This document shows positions 26,310-39,800 of a stretch of DNA of 64,000 bases, one piece after another. The stretch comes from the human T2T-CHM13v2.0 reference genome, Homo sapiens. The first letter of the stretch is position 1. Each line of letters starts with the position of its first letter. The stretch lies in the NCBI RefSeq assembly GCF_009914755.1, contig NC_060928.1. One strand, written 5' to 3'. The notes beneath the pieces are model-generated. The model was not told where the DNA came from. It did no database searches and saw only the letters and a program-made list of their open reading frames with translations. The position numbers and the translations under genes were made by a program.

Positions 26310-28410
26310 GAAATGTACAGTTTGTTGACATTTACAAATTCCAAAATAGCTGGTATAGATATCTGTCTTCACTAGGACCCCTGCTTTTGAAAAAGGGCCA
26401 ATTGTCTTTACTATTTTCACCTTTTAAGTACCTTATTTTTTGGTTTGAAATAACCTTTCTGATTCAGCTTTAGGAAATAATATTGAACTTAAGAAATGTG
26501 TTTACTTGACTGAAATTTTGAGGTGAAATTGCTCACTTTTGTTTTATTTTCCAGCAAGAGAGGTGTCAGATTTGTTGATTAGTTTTCTTAATCTAGATTC
26601 TTTTCCTGAACATTAAAAAAACAGTGGATTTCTAAGGATTTAGTTGTCGTAACAGAAGAACTCCAAGAAAATACAACAACATACCCACAAAAAGCCCTTT
26701 CTTGTGGTAGAATAAGCAAGCTAGAGGTTTACTTTGTTAGACTAGCAGTTTTTGGACAGAGATGTTTGTTGATACAATTAGCTCTCTTCCTGAGCAGAAA
26801 GAAGTGATCTTTATACATGCTTGGTACAGGACATGGGGTGTAGTTGAGGTTATCTCCTGAAAATGACTTTCTTTGCAAGATGTTCAACTTTTGAATTCAT
26901 CAAAAGGCAAAGCAAATTCCATTTTGAATTGGTCATTGAGGAATAGCCAAACCTATTCTGTGATGACATCTTAGGAATCAGCTTGATTGTTGACCAGCTG
27001 AATGTTGGGTCTCAGTCATCATTTTGTATCACTTCTGAGGTCTGCAAAAATCTATTGAAAGAGAGTTGCGAGTAGCAGCCAATTTCAATAAGCAGAATCA
27101 CAAATGGTCCTGTCATTGGTCTCATCTTTTCAGACATTGTTAAGTCTGGACCCCAGATGGGTTTCCTCTACACTGGGAGTTAGTGTTTGTGGCCCATTTG
27201 GAACTGGGATGAAGAATGGGCTTAGACTAGGCTAGGGGCTGATTCTAAGTGCTCAAATATGTCCCCATTAGATATCATACCTGCTAGGCATGATCATTTT
27301 TCCCGTTTTTCTTTCCTTTTACTTAGATTTTATACTTTTTTCTTATTTCCATGCTTAAGGACTCACGTATTCAAACCCAAACATATGCCTTCCTAGGCAT
27401 GTATATCCATCATCGAAATACAGTACTCATAAAAGAAACCTTTATTAACTTATGTCTAAGTAATGGATTCTGTGTTCCCAGACCACTCGACCCGGAGTTA
27501 AATATGAGTTAAGATTAATTTGCTTAAAACACTATTTCTTTTACACGTAGTTCAAGATAGCTTTTGGGAAGTAAATCTGATTTATAGCTAAAACGCTATC
27601 TCAAAAACATTCTTTAGAGCAGGATTTTTCTTTCTCAAAGGCTGGAATGATTATTTTGGACGTATTCCTCTCTGAATCTGTTAAAATATAAAGTGTATAA
27701 ATGCCAGTATGAATTTGCCAAATATTGTGATGGAACATTTAATGCTGGCAAAGTTTCCACACAACTTGAAAAAAATAAGTGGGGATTTTTATTATTTGTA
27801 TGGCGTCTTTTTATAGCAGATTAGTATGTGTTAGTGGCAAATGGTTACAACTAAGTAACAACTTAAAATTCGTGAAGATAGATGTTAGATCCTAGAGAAG
27901 AATCTAGACCTACCACACATGGTCAAGAGTTATTTTTAGACCTGAATGAGTCAACACAGCTTTTGCCAGAAGTGATGTTCTTGATTGACTTGTAATTGGT
28001 TAATGGAAGAGAAGGCAAGTTGGGCTTGCCCCTACATGATAGCCTTTGCTCAGACAAAAGAGGCAGCTTTCTGTGACAACTGATTTCAGAGGTGGCAGAC
28101 GACTCATTTGCTAGTAACTCCCTTACCGTCTTACCACGGGGCGAAATCCTATTTCTAAATATTATTAAGAAATACAAAATAGCTCTTGTAACGGGTGACA
28201 CATTAACCCAGCTTTTCTCAAAATATATTCCATAGAACATATATTCAGCATGGTTTGATAGGCATTATGTAAACAAAGATAAACAGGTTTGTATATTGAA
28301 AGACCTAACAGAGCTCTTAATAGGCTAATGTATGTTTCAAATCTCCAAGTTAGATTCGTACTGTATAAGATTTCCCAGGCTTTTACCATGGGATTTCCTC
28401 CTCTCCCGCT

Positions 28411-28690
28411 GGCTGGTGGCTCACACCTGGTTGAGGCAGGAGGAGTGCTTAAGGCTAGGAGTTTGAGATCTGCCTAGGCAACATCATGAGATCCTGTCTC
28501 TACAAAAAAATAAAATTAGCTGGGCATGGTAGCATTTGCCTGTAGTCCCAGCTACTTGGGGGGCTTAGGAGGGCGCTTGAGCCCAGGAATTTGAGGCTAC
28601 AGTGAGCCATGATTGTACCACTGCACTCCAGCCTGGGCGACAGAGCGAGACCCTATCTCAGAAACAAAATAACAACAACAACAATAAAAA
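28411..28690 (+). mobile_element. AluJ-like element with 5' internal deletions
   Basis: Both arms recognisable; (AAC)n tail. Confidence 0.88.
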
Positions 28691-29486
28691 AGGGAGCTTA
28701 TCTTGGAAGTAGTGTTACACTTCCATTAGCCCATTATCATTCTTTATCATAGTATTAAAGATTCATTTGTCACATGAGACTGGATGTAGAACAAAGAAAA
28801 AAATGATTCAGTTGGCAATTCTCCAGCAGAGGGCCTCATACAGGGAGCTCTTCAGGGGTAGGGAACATATGTTTTCCATTTTTTCCCTCCATAAACAGCT
28901 AGTGTAGTGGTTTATGTAGAGTAGGCTTTTAAGTTTTGCTTAGAATCAGAGCATGATTCTGAGGCAATGAGGCAGAGGAGAAATAATTTTGTTTGTTTGC
29001 TTTTTTCTCTCTCTTACAGAGCTGAAAAGGACACATAATTTTGATGAAAATGATTAAAGTTAGACAAATGCACCACAATTCTTCTTTTATTGTTAAATAG
29101 CTTCATGCTTTTTACTTTTGTTCACCTCTTTTCCTTGTGTATGACAAGGGAATACGTTAAGAACACAGAACTCACAGGATCGCTGTGAGGCCAAAGTAGT
29201 GTAGTATATAGAAACACATTTAATGAAGTTGCTTACATCTGGTTATTAAAAAGAAATGCTAATTTGTAAATATTCTTTTTTTACTTTCAGTTGGTCTGGA
29301 AACTGTGCTCCATGGCCTTTACACTCATTTAGAGTAGGCACTCTTGGCTGCATCGTCACGTGAGATCTGCCTCCACCAATCCTGCCAAATGCTTTCCTCT
29401 TAGGATGCTGTTGCACAGGCTTAGTTGATAGCCCTGAAGGACTTTTTCCCTCTTCTTACTGTTTTTTTTTGTTCACAAATGTTTGC

Positions 29487-29650
29487 TTTTTTTTTTTTTT
29501 TTTTTGAGATGGGGTCTTGCTGTGTCACCCAGGCTGGAGTGAAGTGGCACGATCATGGCTCATTGCAGCCTTGAACTCTAGGGCTCAAGGTGTCTCCCTC
29601 CTCAGCCTCTTGAATAGCTGGACTACAGATGTGAGCCACCACACCCTGCC
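29487..29650 (-). mobile_element. Alu monomer (FRAM-like)
   Basis: Single arm with poly-T; TSD tgtttgc at 29480-29486 and 29651-29657. Confidence 0.8.
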
Positions 29651-31572
29651 TGTTTGCCTTTTATCAATTTTAAAATGTGGGACATTCTTGCTTTTCTTCA
29701 GTTTGACATGATGATGAACAATAATCATCAAGCAAGCTTGAATCAAGCAAGCGTCACTCAATAGGACACTCAATAGGAACAAAGTGTGCATCAGTATTTG
29801 AGAATGTCTTTATGGTTGTTTCTTTAGGTAGCCAAATAAATCTACGGCAATATCAACATTTTCATTGGCAATCTGACTTATTTTCCTAAAGAATTTATGA
29901 TGAAACTGCTCCAGTCCTGACTAACTTAGTCTTTTACAGTCTCAGCAGAAGCAAAAGCTCTTTGAAACCTCCTTTCTCCCCGCTCCCTAACTTTCTTACC
30001 CCTGCTGGGGCTCTTTCTTTATGCTTCCATATTTCTTTGGAGAGCTGTAAAGAATTACAGTGTGGACTTTGATGTCAGGGGACTTGAGCTCAAATCCTGA
30101 GGCTTCTTATTTTTAGCTGAGTGTCCCTGGGCAAGTCAATTAACTTCTCTCTACCTCCCAAATTCATCACCTATGAAATGACAATAATGTGATAATTAAA
30201 TGAGGTGGTAAATATAAAGTTCTTAATTCAATATGTGGCAACAATTATTATTACCTCATTATGGTATTTCCCACTGTTGGTCTACAGATAAATCTATAGA
30301 CAAAATACAATCCCGGACAACAAGAAGCTCCTATAGCTCCTGTAGCTTCTTGTGCTCTAGGATTGTATTTTGTTTATATATATTTTTTAATCCTGAATGT
30401 CTAGTATTATGCTTGGGACATAGTGGCCACTCAGTGAATATGTTTGAATAAATGAAATTTCTCAAATAGGCAAAAATGCATATCATAAAACAAAGCCATG
30501 TTGGTCGATGTTGACATCATGCATATTAGCATGCCAGTAGTGTGATAACAAGAAAGGATAGAGATGGTACTTTTCTTTTGCATATGCTTATTTTTTGTGT
30601 GCACTGAATCCAGTTTTGCATAATGGAGAAATATACCAATGTGAATTACATGTCTTTTCAAGTTTCAGTGCTGAACTTGCTGTGTTTGTTGTCTCATATA
30701 ACTGGACTAGTAAGGGGCTGTCTTCCTTTTGGAAGAGAAGAGTCTTCAGACATCTTAGAAAGTTAAGCTGCTTTTTAAGTGTTAAATAAACATTTTAAAG
30801 ATAATTGGTAAGCATTTATTTAGTAAAATTTTGACCTTTAAAAACTCTGCATGAGACCTGAGTGTTGAAAACTAAGAACTGTGTGCTTGTTTTTAACACA
30901 GAAGATATGTATCTCCAGGTTTTCATTTTCCTTTTTCTCATGAAATGGTATTCAAATCGTGCACTTTGAAATGCCACAGAGGAGGAGGTTTATCCGAGCT
31001 ACGTGATGGGTCAAATGAACTTAAATTTGAAACATGTTTAAATTTGCCCTTTTGTTTCCTTCTCATTAATTACTGGAATTGCCGTGAGTCCGTTGCTCTG
31101 TGAACGTTTCTCTTTCTTTGAACATTCAGGATATGGTGTTTTGTAAGTGATCTAACAGCCAGCTTTTTCTAATAAAACATGGCCTAAGAGAAGAGCCTGT
31201 TTGTGTTACTAGTGTCTTTTATGATTTTCAAATGATTTACCCACTTCTTTAACTGTCCCTAGATGAGTAATCTTTGAAGGGTAGGGTGGCACATGTGGAG
31301 TATTAAAGAGATGGCTGTTAAGCAAAGATAAATGAATTACTTATGATAATACACCGTGGAACAACTTTCCACTACTGGTAAATATTTTGTTTTCTACAGA
31401 AATCTCTTTACTATCAAATCATTGCTAAACATCATAGTTCTATAATAATCCCCTCATTTGAAGACATTTCATTTCAAACAAAGGCTCATTATTTTAAAAT
31501 GGATGCAAATTGTTTATTTTCTAAATAAGCCTAAATATAACTTAAATTCAGGTTGCTAAAAAACCTCTTCCT

Positions 31573-31860
31573 GGCCGGGCGTGGTGTCTCACACCTGTAA
31601 TCCTAGCACTTTGGGAGGCCAAGGCGGGCGGATCACGAGGTCGGGAGTTCAAGACCAGCCTGACCAACATGGTGAAACCCCGTCTCTACTAAAAATACAA
31701 AAATTAGCCAGCCGTGGTGGCACATGCCTGTAATCCCAGCTACTCAGGAGGCTGAGGCAGGAGAATCGCTTGAACCTGGGAGGCGGAGGTTGTGGTGAGC
31801 GAGATCGCACCACTGCACTCCAGCCTGGGCGCAGAGTGAGACTCTGTTAAAACAAAAAGA
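31573..31860 (+). mobile_element. AluS
   Basis: ggccgggcgtggtg...full dimer with a short tail. Confidence 0.95.
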
Positions 31861-31863
31861 CCT

Positions 31864-31965
31864 CCATGTTGGTCAGGCTTGTCTTGAACTTCTGACCTCA
31901 GGGGATCTGCCCGCCTCGGTCTCCCAAAGTGCTGGGATTACAGGCATGAGCCACTGTGCCCAGCC
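31864..31965 (-). mobile_element. Alu left-arm fragment, inverted and abutting the previous Alu
   Basis: ccatgttggtcaggc...cccaaagtgctgggattacaggcatgagccactgtgcccagcc. Confidence 0.92.
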
Positions 31966-34900
31966 CCCCAAAATTTCTTGCTGTGGTTATGCATGTCAAG
32001 GTAATTAGAAGGAACAATAATTATCGCATTTATTTGCTCAATGTAGGCAACTCCTCATATGTTCAGATCCCAAAGTGATGCTGACTGATTGGACCTATCC
32101 AATTTCTCTTCCTATACAGGCGAAAGTATTTAAAATCATAAAATCTTTCCTTCACTATGCAGCTGCTAGTCACTGCCATTGTGTAATGTTTTCTCCAAGA
32201 AATAGCTTATTTCTAGAACTCTGCTCAAAATTTGCACAAATCATAACCTTTAGCCATGAGTTCAGGGTAGTGAAACTTCAATATAAAGATCAGATTGTCA
32301 CCTTCCTGACCCAGGTCTTGAATACCCTTTTTCCTTTTCTTTTTTTAGCCAAGTGGTAATTTCTAAAACAACCTTTCTTCATAGCTATTATAAAATATTA
32401 CTGTGTGGCATTCCACACTGAAATTAACTTTCCAAGATGAAAATATAGGCCTTTTTTAAATAGAACTAATAATTTCAATGTAATTTAGGGACTATTTAAT
32501 GAACACCTACTATGTCCATGCCATTTTACTTTACCTGTTGGTCACCCTTTGAGGCAATGCCATTGCGTTCCTTGAAATGTGTTATTTCATTTTTTTGCTT
32601 TGGATTCACTCTTTCACACACGTTGAGCTTATATTGCATACTGTATAACCAGTGGATACATTACTTGATTCTGCGTAATGCCTGCTGCATATGATGCAGG
32701 GGTTGAAGGCTTCTCTATCTTATTCTTAATGTAGCAAACACAAAGACAATATCTGTAGGGGAAACTACTGAAAATGTTAAAGACATTTGCAAAATGAAAT
32801 ACTTTTTGTCCTTTTTGTGTTTTAGTTGCAGTGCTGGACATCTGATTTTAAAGTACAACAGTCCTATTCAAACATTTTCATTTGTCTCAGATCTTGACAT
32901 TGTTCAGCACAGATTTTTTTTCTTTAAGTTTACTAGAGGAAACCAGTCTTATTCATTGTGGGAACTCAGTAAATGTTAAGCCAGATTTTCAACATAACCA
33001 GCATCAGGGGAATTAATTTAATGCACTTTTGGAAACTGCATTAACTCCACAAAATCAACAAGACCTTTATAGAGCTCACACAAAGAGAAATCAGCTGCTA
33101 CATGTATTTTCTCAAGAGTCAAATTCAGTTTTGAGAAAATGCTAAAGCCATAAAAATATAGAGATAGATAAATCTCATGTGAATACTATTACATAGATAT
33201 ATAATGAATGATACTATGTAGCTAAATAGACTGAAATACGATCTAGACATATAGGTTTTATTTAGGGTTCGATGATGGCAAGATAATTGTGAATGCAGAA
33301 GTCGTCTTTGTTTTAAATTTCAAATTAGTTTAACTATTTATATTTATAGATTTCACTCCTATCTATAAAATAGCCCTTGTTTTTCTTGTTTTTACTTCTA
33401 CTTATAGCTATTGTCAGGAATTGAGAGTTTTTTCTTTAATCTGAGAGGTTGGTTCTTGTAAAAAATATGATTTCTCAAGAATGTTTTTTTCAGGAAGTTT
33501 TCTTGGGCTATTATTGTTCTCTGGGTTTTTAAACAGTTGGGCTAACTTTGCCTTTGCTTTCAACAGAATGTTAACCGGATACCTTCTGAGATAGGTTACA
33601 ACTTCATGGCTTCAAGTATTGGTTGTGCTGGAGTTGTCTTCCTCCCTGGAGAACAGTCCTTGAGAACTAATTTCATAGCCAAACATGCTAAAACTGTTAG
33701 AAGGTTGAGGTGACTTAACGGCCATTTATAAATTAAGCTCTGTAAAATTATTTGGCAAATAAATATTATTAAATGCCACTAGCATAATAAATGAACAAGT
33801 CCAAACATCTAGTGAAAATTAGAATTTCAATTAGATTTAGGACATATTTTATATTGTCAGTGCTTTATTTTCACAGTTGCCAAATTATAAAGTGAAATGT
33901 CTTCTCATTTCTTAAGGAGTCTTTTTCAAACTTGTCTGTCTTCTCCTGGAATCAAGATAGTGACTGCACATTTCAGAGTGAACCATCTGGTGCAGGTCTA
34001 TAGTAGGTTCTTGATGTGTTGTTGAAAGTGGTGAGTGAGTGAACACTTCAGAATGAATGACACACATATTAGATCTAGTTATACACACTTTGCCAAACCA
34101 TTGACATGCATGCAAGCACACCTGCTTCTCCAGCTGCAAGGCAAATAGTTATATCAATCCATAATTCTGCCTTCCTTCTAGAATGGTGACCTTGAGGAGA
34201 GGTGGCTATCTTTGGCAGATTAATTACTGTATCCACAGTGCTTGGCATGTATATTTTGTCACCAACTGGGTCTTATGTTAATGTTCCACCCTAGGCTGGT
34301 CGTGTTTCTTGTTCTGGTGTTTTCTATATTGAGCCCTGGTTCTGTGTTGCCTTCAGTCTACTCAGTGAGATGCAGGTCCTCATTCTGTTCTTGCATTTAA
34401 CATTAATTTCTCCATACAATGGGTCAGACTCAGTACTTAAAATACGGAGACTTCCTCCTCTGGAAGAATTTTTGCCGCCATTTCTTGATTCCAAATGTAT
34501 GAGCTGCAGAAAACTTTAGAGGTGTTGAACATGTGCAAAATACCTGATAAAAATGCTTCTATGTGTTAATGCATAGGAAGAATTCTATAAACTTTCCTCA
34601 AATTAGCCTCCTTCAAATTAGAATAACTTTTGGGTTGAATGTTATTAAATACTTAGAATTGTCTCCCCATTGTCCATAATGGGTTAGTTTCAGTATTCCA
34701 CTGGTCAGTGTAGCATTGGGATTAGTAGCATTTTTATATTTTCATATGTATGAGTAACACACATTTTTACTCTACTTGTCAAACCCATTTCAATTTCTAA
34801 TTTCCTCTCCACTAGTTAACTATGGAGTGAACATGAGAAACTTCATTAGAAGAGTATATTCATTTTACTCATGTGTCTAAATTGTTAGGTTGTATGTTGA

Positions 34901-36069
34901 GGACAACTCTAGGTTTCTCTCCAGCAGTGGGAAACATGAACTATGTGATATTTTTAATATTTTTGAGATCCTTTTCTATTGTTTCGAGACTTCTGAGTAT
35001 GCTTTTTAATATAGATTCAGATTACTGGATAGATGAGAGTGAGGGCACCTTATGCTATTTTAACAAACATTTTCCCTTCTCCTTTGAGTCTATTTCAGTT
35101 TGCACAAACTGTATCTTAAAAAATTACACCTAATTTTCAGGGACATCAATTCAGTGTGAGGTATTTTTCCTGAATAGTTTTAAAACTGTTATTCTTGTTG
35201 CTGTTATTATTTTAACATTGAAGCTGAACTCATTGGATACTATAATTTTGTGACCTCTGCATACAGGGAAAGTGAATCAATGAGAATGCATTTCTTAAAT
35301 GAATGTACAGAAGAGTGAGACTTGTTAATATTTTTTCAAAAATTCATTGGACAAAGCTAATGCATTCATGGGCTCCATAAAGACAGTAGTACAGGGAAAA
35401 CATTCATACCTCTGCCAACATTTCCAAAAGGCCAAGAAGGCTCTCATTCATGGAACATATTTCATTTTCCATAATATTCTCAGCCCTCAGACCAAGGTAG
35501 TAAGAATACTTTATTATCAAAAAGGCCCTACTAACAACTTGCAGTGTAAATCATCCTAATTGGACAGATCACTGAGAAAAAACAAAGACATTCATTCACC
35601 AGGCATTTGGAAATTCCAGGTAGAAATGCTTTCAAACCAGGCCACATTTGGAAATCAAACTCTGAGTAGTAGAGGGCTGTAAACGAAATACTGCATCTTT
35701 CATTTCTGTATAGGTTATTATATTTGTAGCGCGAATGTACTTATTTAACAATAATAACTAAGTGCCTCCTATATGAGTGACATTCTGCAGATTGAAGAGG
35801 TATTTCAAAAGGGAACAAGAAACAACAGTATTTTACCAAGTACTTTGTATGAAGGTATTGACTCTAATTCTTCAGGGAGTTATAAGAGAGTGGTCTACAG
35901 TGGAGGGCTTTCAGAAGGAGGTGGAGCTTTGAGCAGGACTTAAAAGATGCATAAGGTATGGAAAGTCAAAGAGAGGACTTTATTCTAAGCTAGTAAAAAA
36001 TCATTCACATTTCTTGTGTCTTTTTCTTCATTGTTCTGAATGTGTGACATATAAGCATTCAAGATACAT

Positions 36070-36893
36070 TGTGCCAGATAATTATGTTCCATTAACATGT
36101 GAAATTTTCATCTACAGAAAATTTTTGTTTAGAGAATGCAGTTTTGGGGGTGCTGTGCTTTGGGGCTGATTTCCCTCATCAAGACGGTAAAACTATTTGG
36201 GATGGAGCATATACTAATAGAAATATAATATACTTATATATATATAGTATATGTATACTAGTATATATACTAATATATAGTGTATATATAGGTATATAAT
36301 ATATATTTATATATTTACATATAATAGTATGTATCTATAATATATATAATATATCATGTATTGTAAATATATGATATATGTATATGTAATATGTAATATA
36401 CATATATCATATATTTACAATATATGTATATATTATGCATACATATTCGGAGCTAATCTTTGGGTATTAATGAGAGTGGGAGTCCAGAGCCTAGCATATA
36501 TGTAATATGTAATATACATATATCATATATTTACAATATATGATATATTAAATATATAATATATGTATATATTATATTAAATATATATTTATATATTATA
36601 ATGGAGCTTATACTTATATATTATATTTATATTACATTATTCCATTACTATAGTATAAATATACTATTATAATGATATTATAAATATAATGAAATGTTAT
36701 ACATATTTTATTATATTTATATATCATATCATAATGGAGCTTATCGTAGTATAAGCTCCATCCCAAATTGTTTTATTGTCTTGGTGAGGGAAATCAGCCT
36801 CAAAGGACAACACCCCAAAACTGCATTCTCTAAAATGAACATTTTCTCTAGATGAAAATTTTACATGTTAATGGAACATAATTATCTGGCACA
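36070..36893. repeat. 147-bp inverted repeat arms flanking an AT-rich low-complexity spacer
   Basis: 36070-36216 aligns to the reverse complement of 36747-36893 at about 90% identity by eye. Confidence 0.93.
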
Positions 36894-39800
36894 TATATAG
36901 TCTGTTATAATATATCACATATATAAATAATATATATATAAATCAAACATAATACAGTTATATAGTATATAATTATAAGTAGAATTATATTAAGCATATA
37001 CTAGATTATATTGTAATTAGCAACAATTGATTACTAATGCTTTTCCTCCCTAGGTAGCTATTATTGAGCACTCTCTAGTAAGCCATGGAATATAAAGATG
37101 TTATGTAATTTTGATTTTGTTAGGCTAATTTCCAGCAGTTAAGTATAGTTCAATTAGTGTTCTGTTTTGACTATGTAATTCAAAAACTATGTTTTGTAAA
37201 AACTCACAAAAATAAGAACAAGAACAAAAAAAGCAATGTCATTTGAGTTATTGAAGGAGAATTCAGCCCATAGATTTTCTCCATGCTTTGGCAGCTGTTT
37301 TAGAGCATTCATCCAGCTGCATTTGTCTAACACTTGAATAATGATCATGCAGTTTGTCAGATGCTTTTGGGAGAGAAATTCACTATGCAGAAATATTTAG
37401 TATTTAACTAATTTTTCCAATTATAGGTTTTTGATTAGGGTAAATTTATTTTGAATTACTCCTGATGTTAAACCCAATCTTCATTAGTGTTCCATAGAAT
37501 TGTGAAACATTAGAATTATAGTTTTTTCCTAGCTAGAAGGAGCACTCTCATTTTATAGATGATTAAGTTGAGCTTCAGAGAGACATTAAACAACCTGCCC
37601 AAGGTTTTGAAGCCCAGGAGGCTTGGAACTCATTTTCTGATACACAGTTGGACACTCTTCTTAAAGTATTTCCCATAACAATGTACACAGTTGGAGAAAT
37701 GAACATAACTATTTCTTACTGGTCATGGAGGGTCATGAGCTGTTTATGTGAACTGAAGTCTGTGAGGGCATTACTGGAATGTAACTTATCAGTTATGTTT
37801 TCAAATCCTTAGAGCAGAACTTCTTGACCTGTGTGCTGTAAATGGCTATGGGTGTGCCGGAGGCGGATAGACAGGGCCTAGGGTGGCAAAAAACCAGGAA
37901 AGCATTGAAATAAATCACTCCAGCACACTGTAAGTACCTACAGAAAATGTTATTTTTCTTGGCAGTAGAATCCACTCTCTAAGAAGAAACAAGCTTTTGT
38001 TGGAAGACTGCTCTGATAAACTTTTTGGAGGGCTGGGCCTTCAGGAAGGCTGAGGACCTAAAGTGGATAAAAAGGAGAGGGTATGTAGAGAGTCAGAGGG
38101 TATGTAGAGAGTCAGAGAGAGAGAAGAGAAAGACTTAAGGGCTGGTGGCTCAAGAGAAACTTTGGGGAAACAGAAATAATGGATGGGGACATCAGCAGAT
38201 CTACAGTGCTCCATAATGATTTGTGGAGTAAATTACTTTGGGAGATGGGATGAAGTGCTTTAATTTTGCTTTGAGTTAGGGACTGGTAAAATCCAAGATT
38301 GCCCAAGGAAGGACTGTTCCATATAAGTTACAATACAGTTATGAAAACTTATTAGCAAAGATCAGATACCTACTATACCACAGTGCTTCTGTGAATAGAT
38401 TCAAGTAATTTTTTGAATTTAAGCCCGGCATCTCCCACATGACTGACCATTTAGGAATCCTGGTCCTAAGAGAACATGACCATTGGGAGTGGGCCTCTGG
38501 GAAGGGTGTTGTGGTGTGCAAGGGCAACCCTCAGTTGTGTGCACCACGCAGAATGAATCATGTGTTGTGTCGCTGGAAGTTAAGGGTGAATAATATAAAT
38601 AACTAAAAATGGGTGAGGTTTCCTGTTAAAAAAACATACTCGTGTTGATCTGTTCATGTGTCTACATTACATTTCAATGTGATTCAGTAGGGAGGATTTC
38701 TTGGGCCCAGTAGTTCGAGACCAGCTTGGGCAAAATAGCAAGATTCTGCCCCTATTAAAATTTTTTTTTTATGTGAAAAATGTTACTTGTGCTGAAGGGG
38801 ATCACATATTTGTTGAGAATGTTTTCCAAACCAACAATCATCACACAATTTCTCAAAGGACTTTATTTCCAGGTTTGTGAAAGTTTTATGAAACATATTA
38901 AAATGTTATAAGAATCATTGATAATATATTGCATGTTTAATGAACAGCCTTTATTAAAAAGAAGAAATATATAAAGGAACTATATCTGGAATGAAGAGCC
39001 TCCTTAAATGATTGGACAGAAAATAGTGGTATGAATTACTGTAGGAATTTAAGAATATATGATATACGTGTGAATGATGTTTTTTTGTTTTGATTTTTGT
39101 CCTGTGACAAACTCTACCGAAATGATTAGTTGATGAATTCTGTTGGTAATTTATAGTCAGGATATTAGCAAGCAAAGTATTCCAAAGTCTTCTGGCTGAT
39201 GTTTATGTGAAAGGGTGTGTTCTCATATGAGCAGGAAATGGGCTAATAAGGCAATGAAAAGACTGGAGATAATTTCACGGTTAATTTGGGGTAAAATTTA
39301 TTTTTATTATAATATTATTTGTGGTGAAAGTATTAAGTCTGAATTATTCAGACAATTGCTTTAATTCTCCATTTGACATTTGACCTGTGCATAGAGCTAA
39401 CCTTTGGGTATTAATGAGAGTGGGAGTCCAGAGCCTAGTCAAGTAAGAGATTAGGAAGCAGAGATGGAAAGAAAGTTCTACCTATGCCAAGGGTCAATGC
39501 ACAGTACTGGTAATGATTTGATTCGGCAGTTTTATTAGCAGCCATTTCTTTGACAGACTAATAAAAATGACTTACAGATTCTTTTCCAAGTTATCTTATA
39601 TAAATGGATTATGATGAAAAATGTGTGAACCACATTTCATCTTCTTTCTTGCCTTCTGTTAAATATGTGTTCAGCTTAGAAATTAAATAGCACAGGATAG
39701 AACTTGAAATCATAAATTCTGTGCATGATATGTAGTTCAAAGGGATTACATGATAATTCACATGTAGAGAATTGTACAGGATAGTTGGGAAATGTTTCTC

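Noticed and set aside
26026-26328. 100-aa ORF with SAGQGDWIIEELMTKDSR repeats; also a superficial CRISPR-like look
   Set aside because: The ORF is a by-product of a 54-bp (multiple of 3) tandem repeat and starts at TTG. There are no unique spacers and no cas genes, and the DNA is primate.
27947-27953. Isolated AP-1 site TGAGTCA
   Set aside because: Several copies of a 7-mer are expected by chance in 64 kb.
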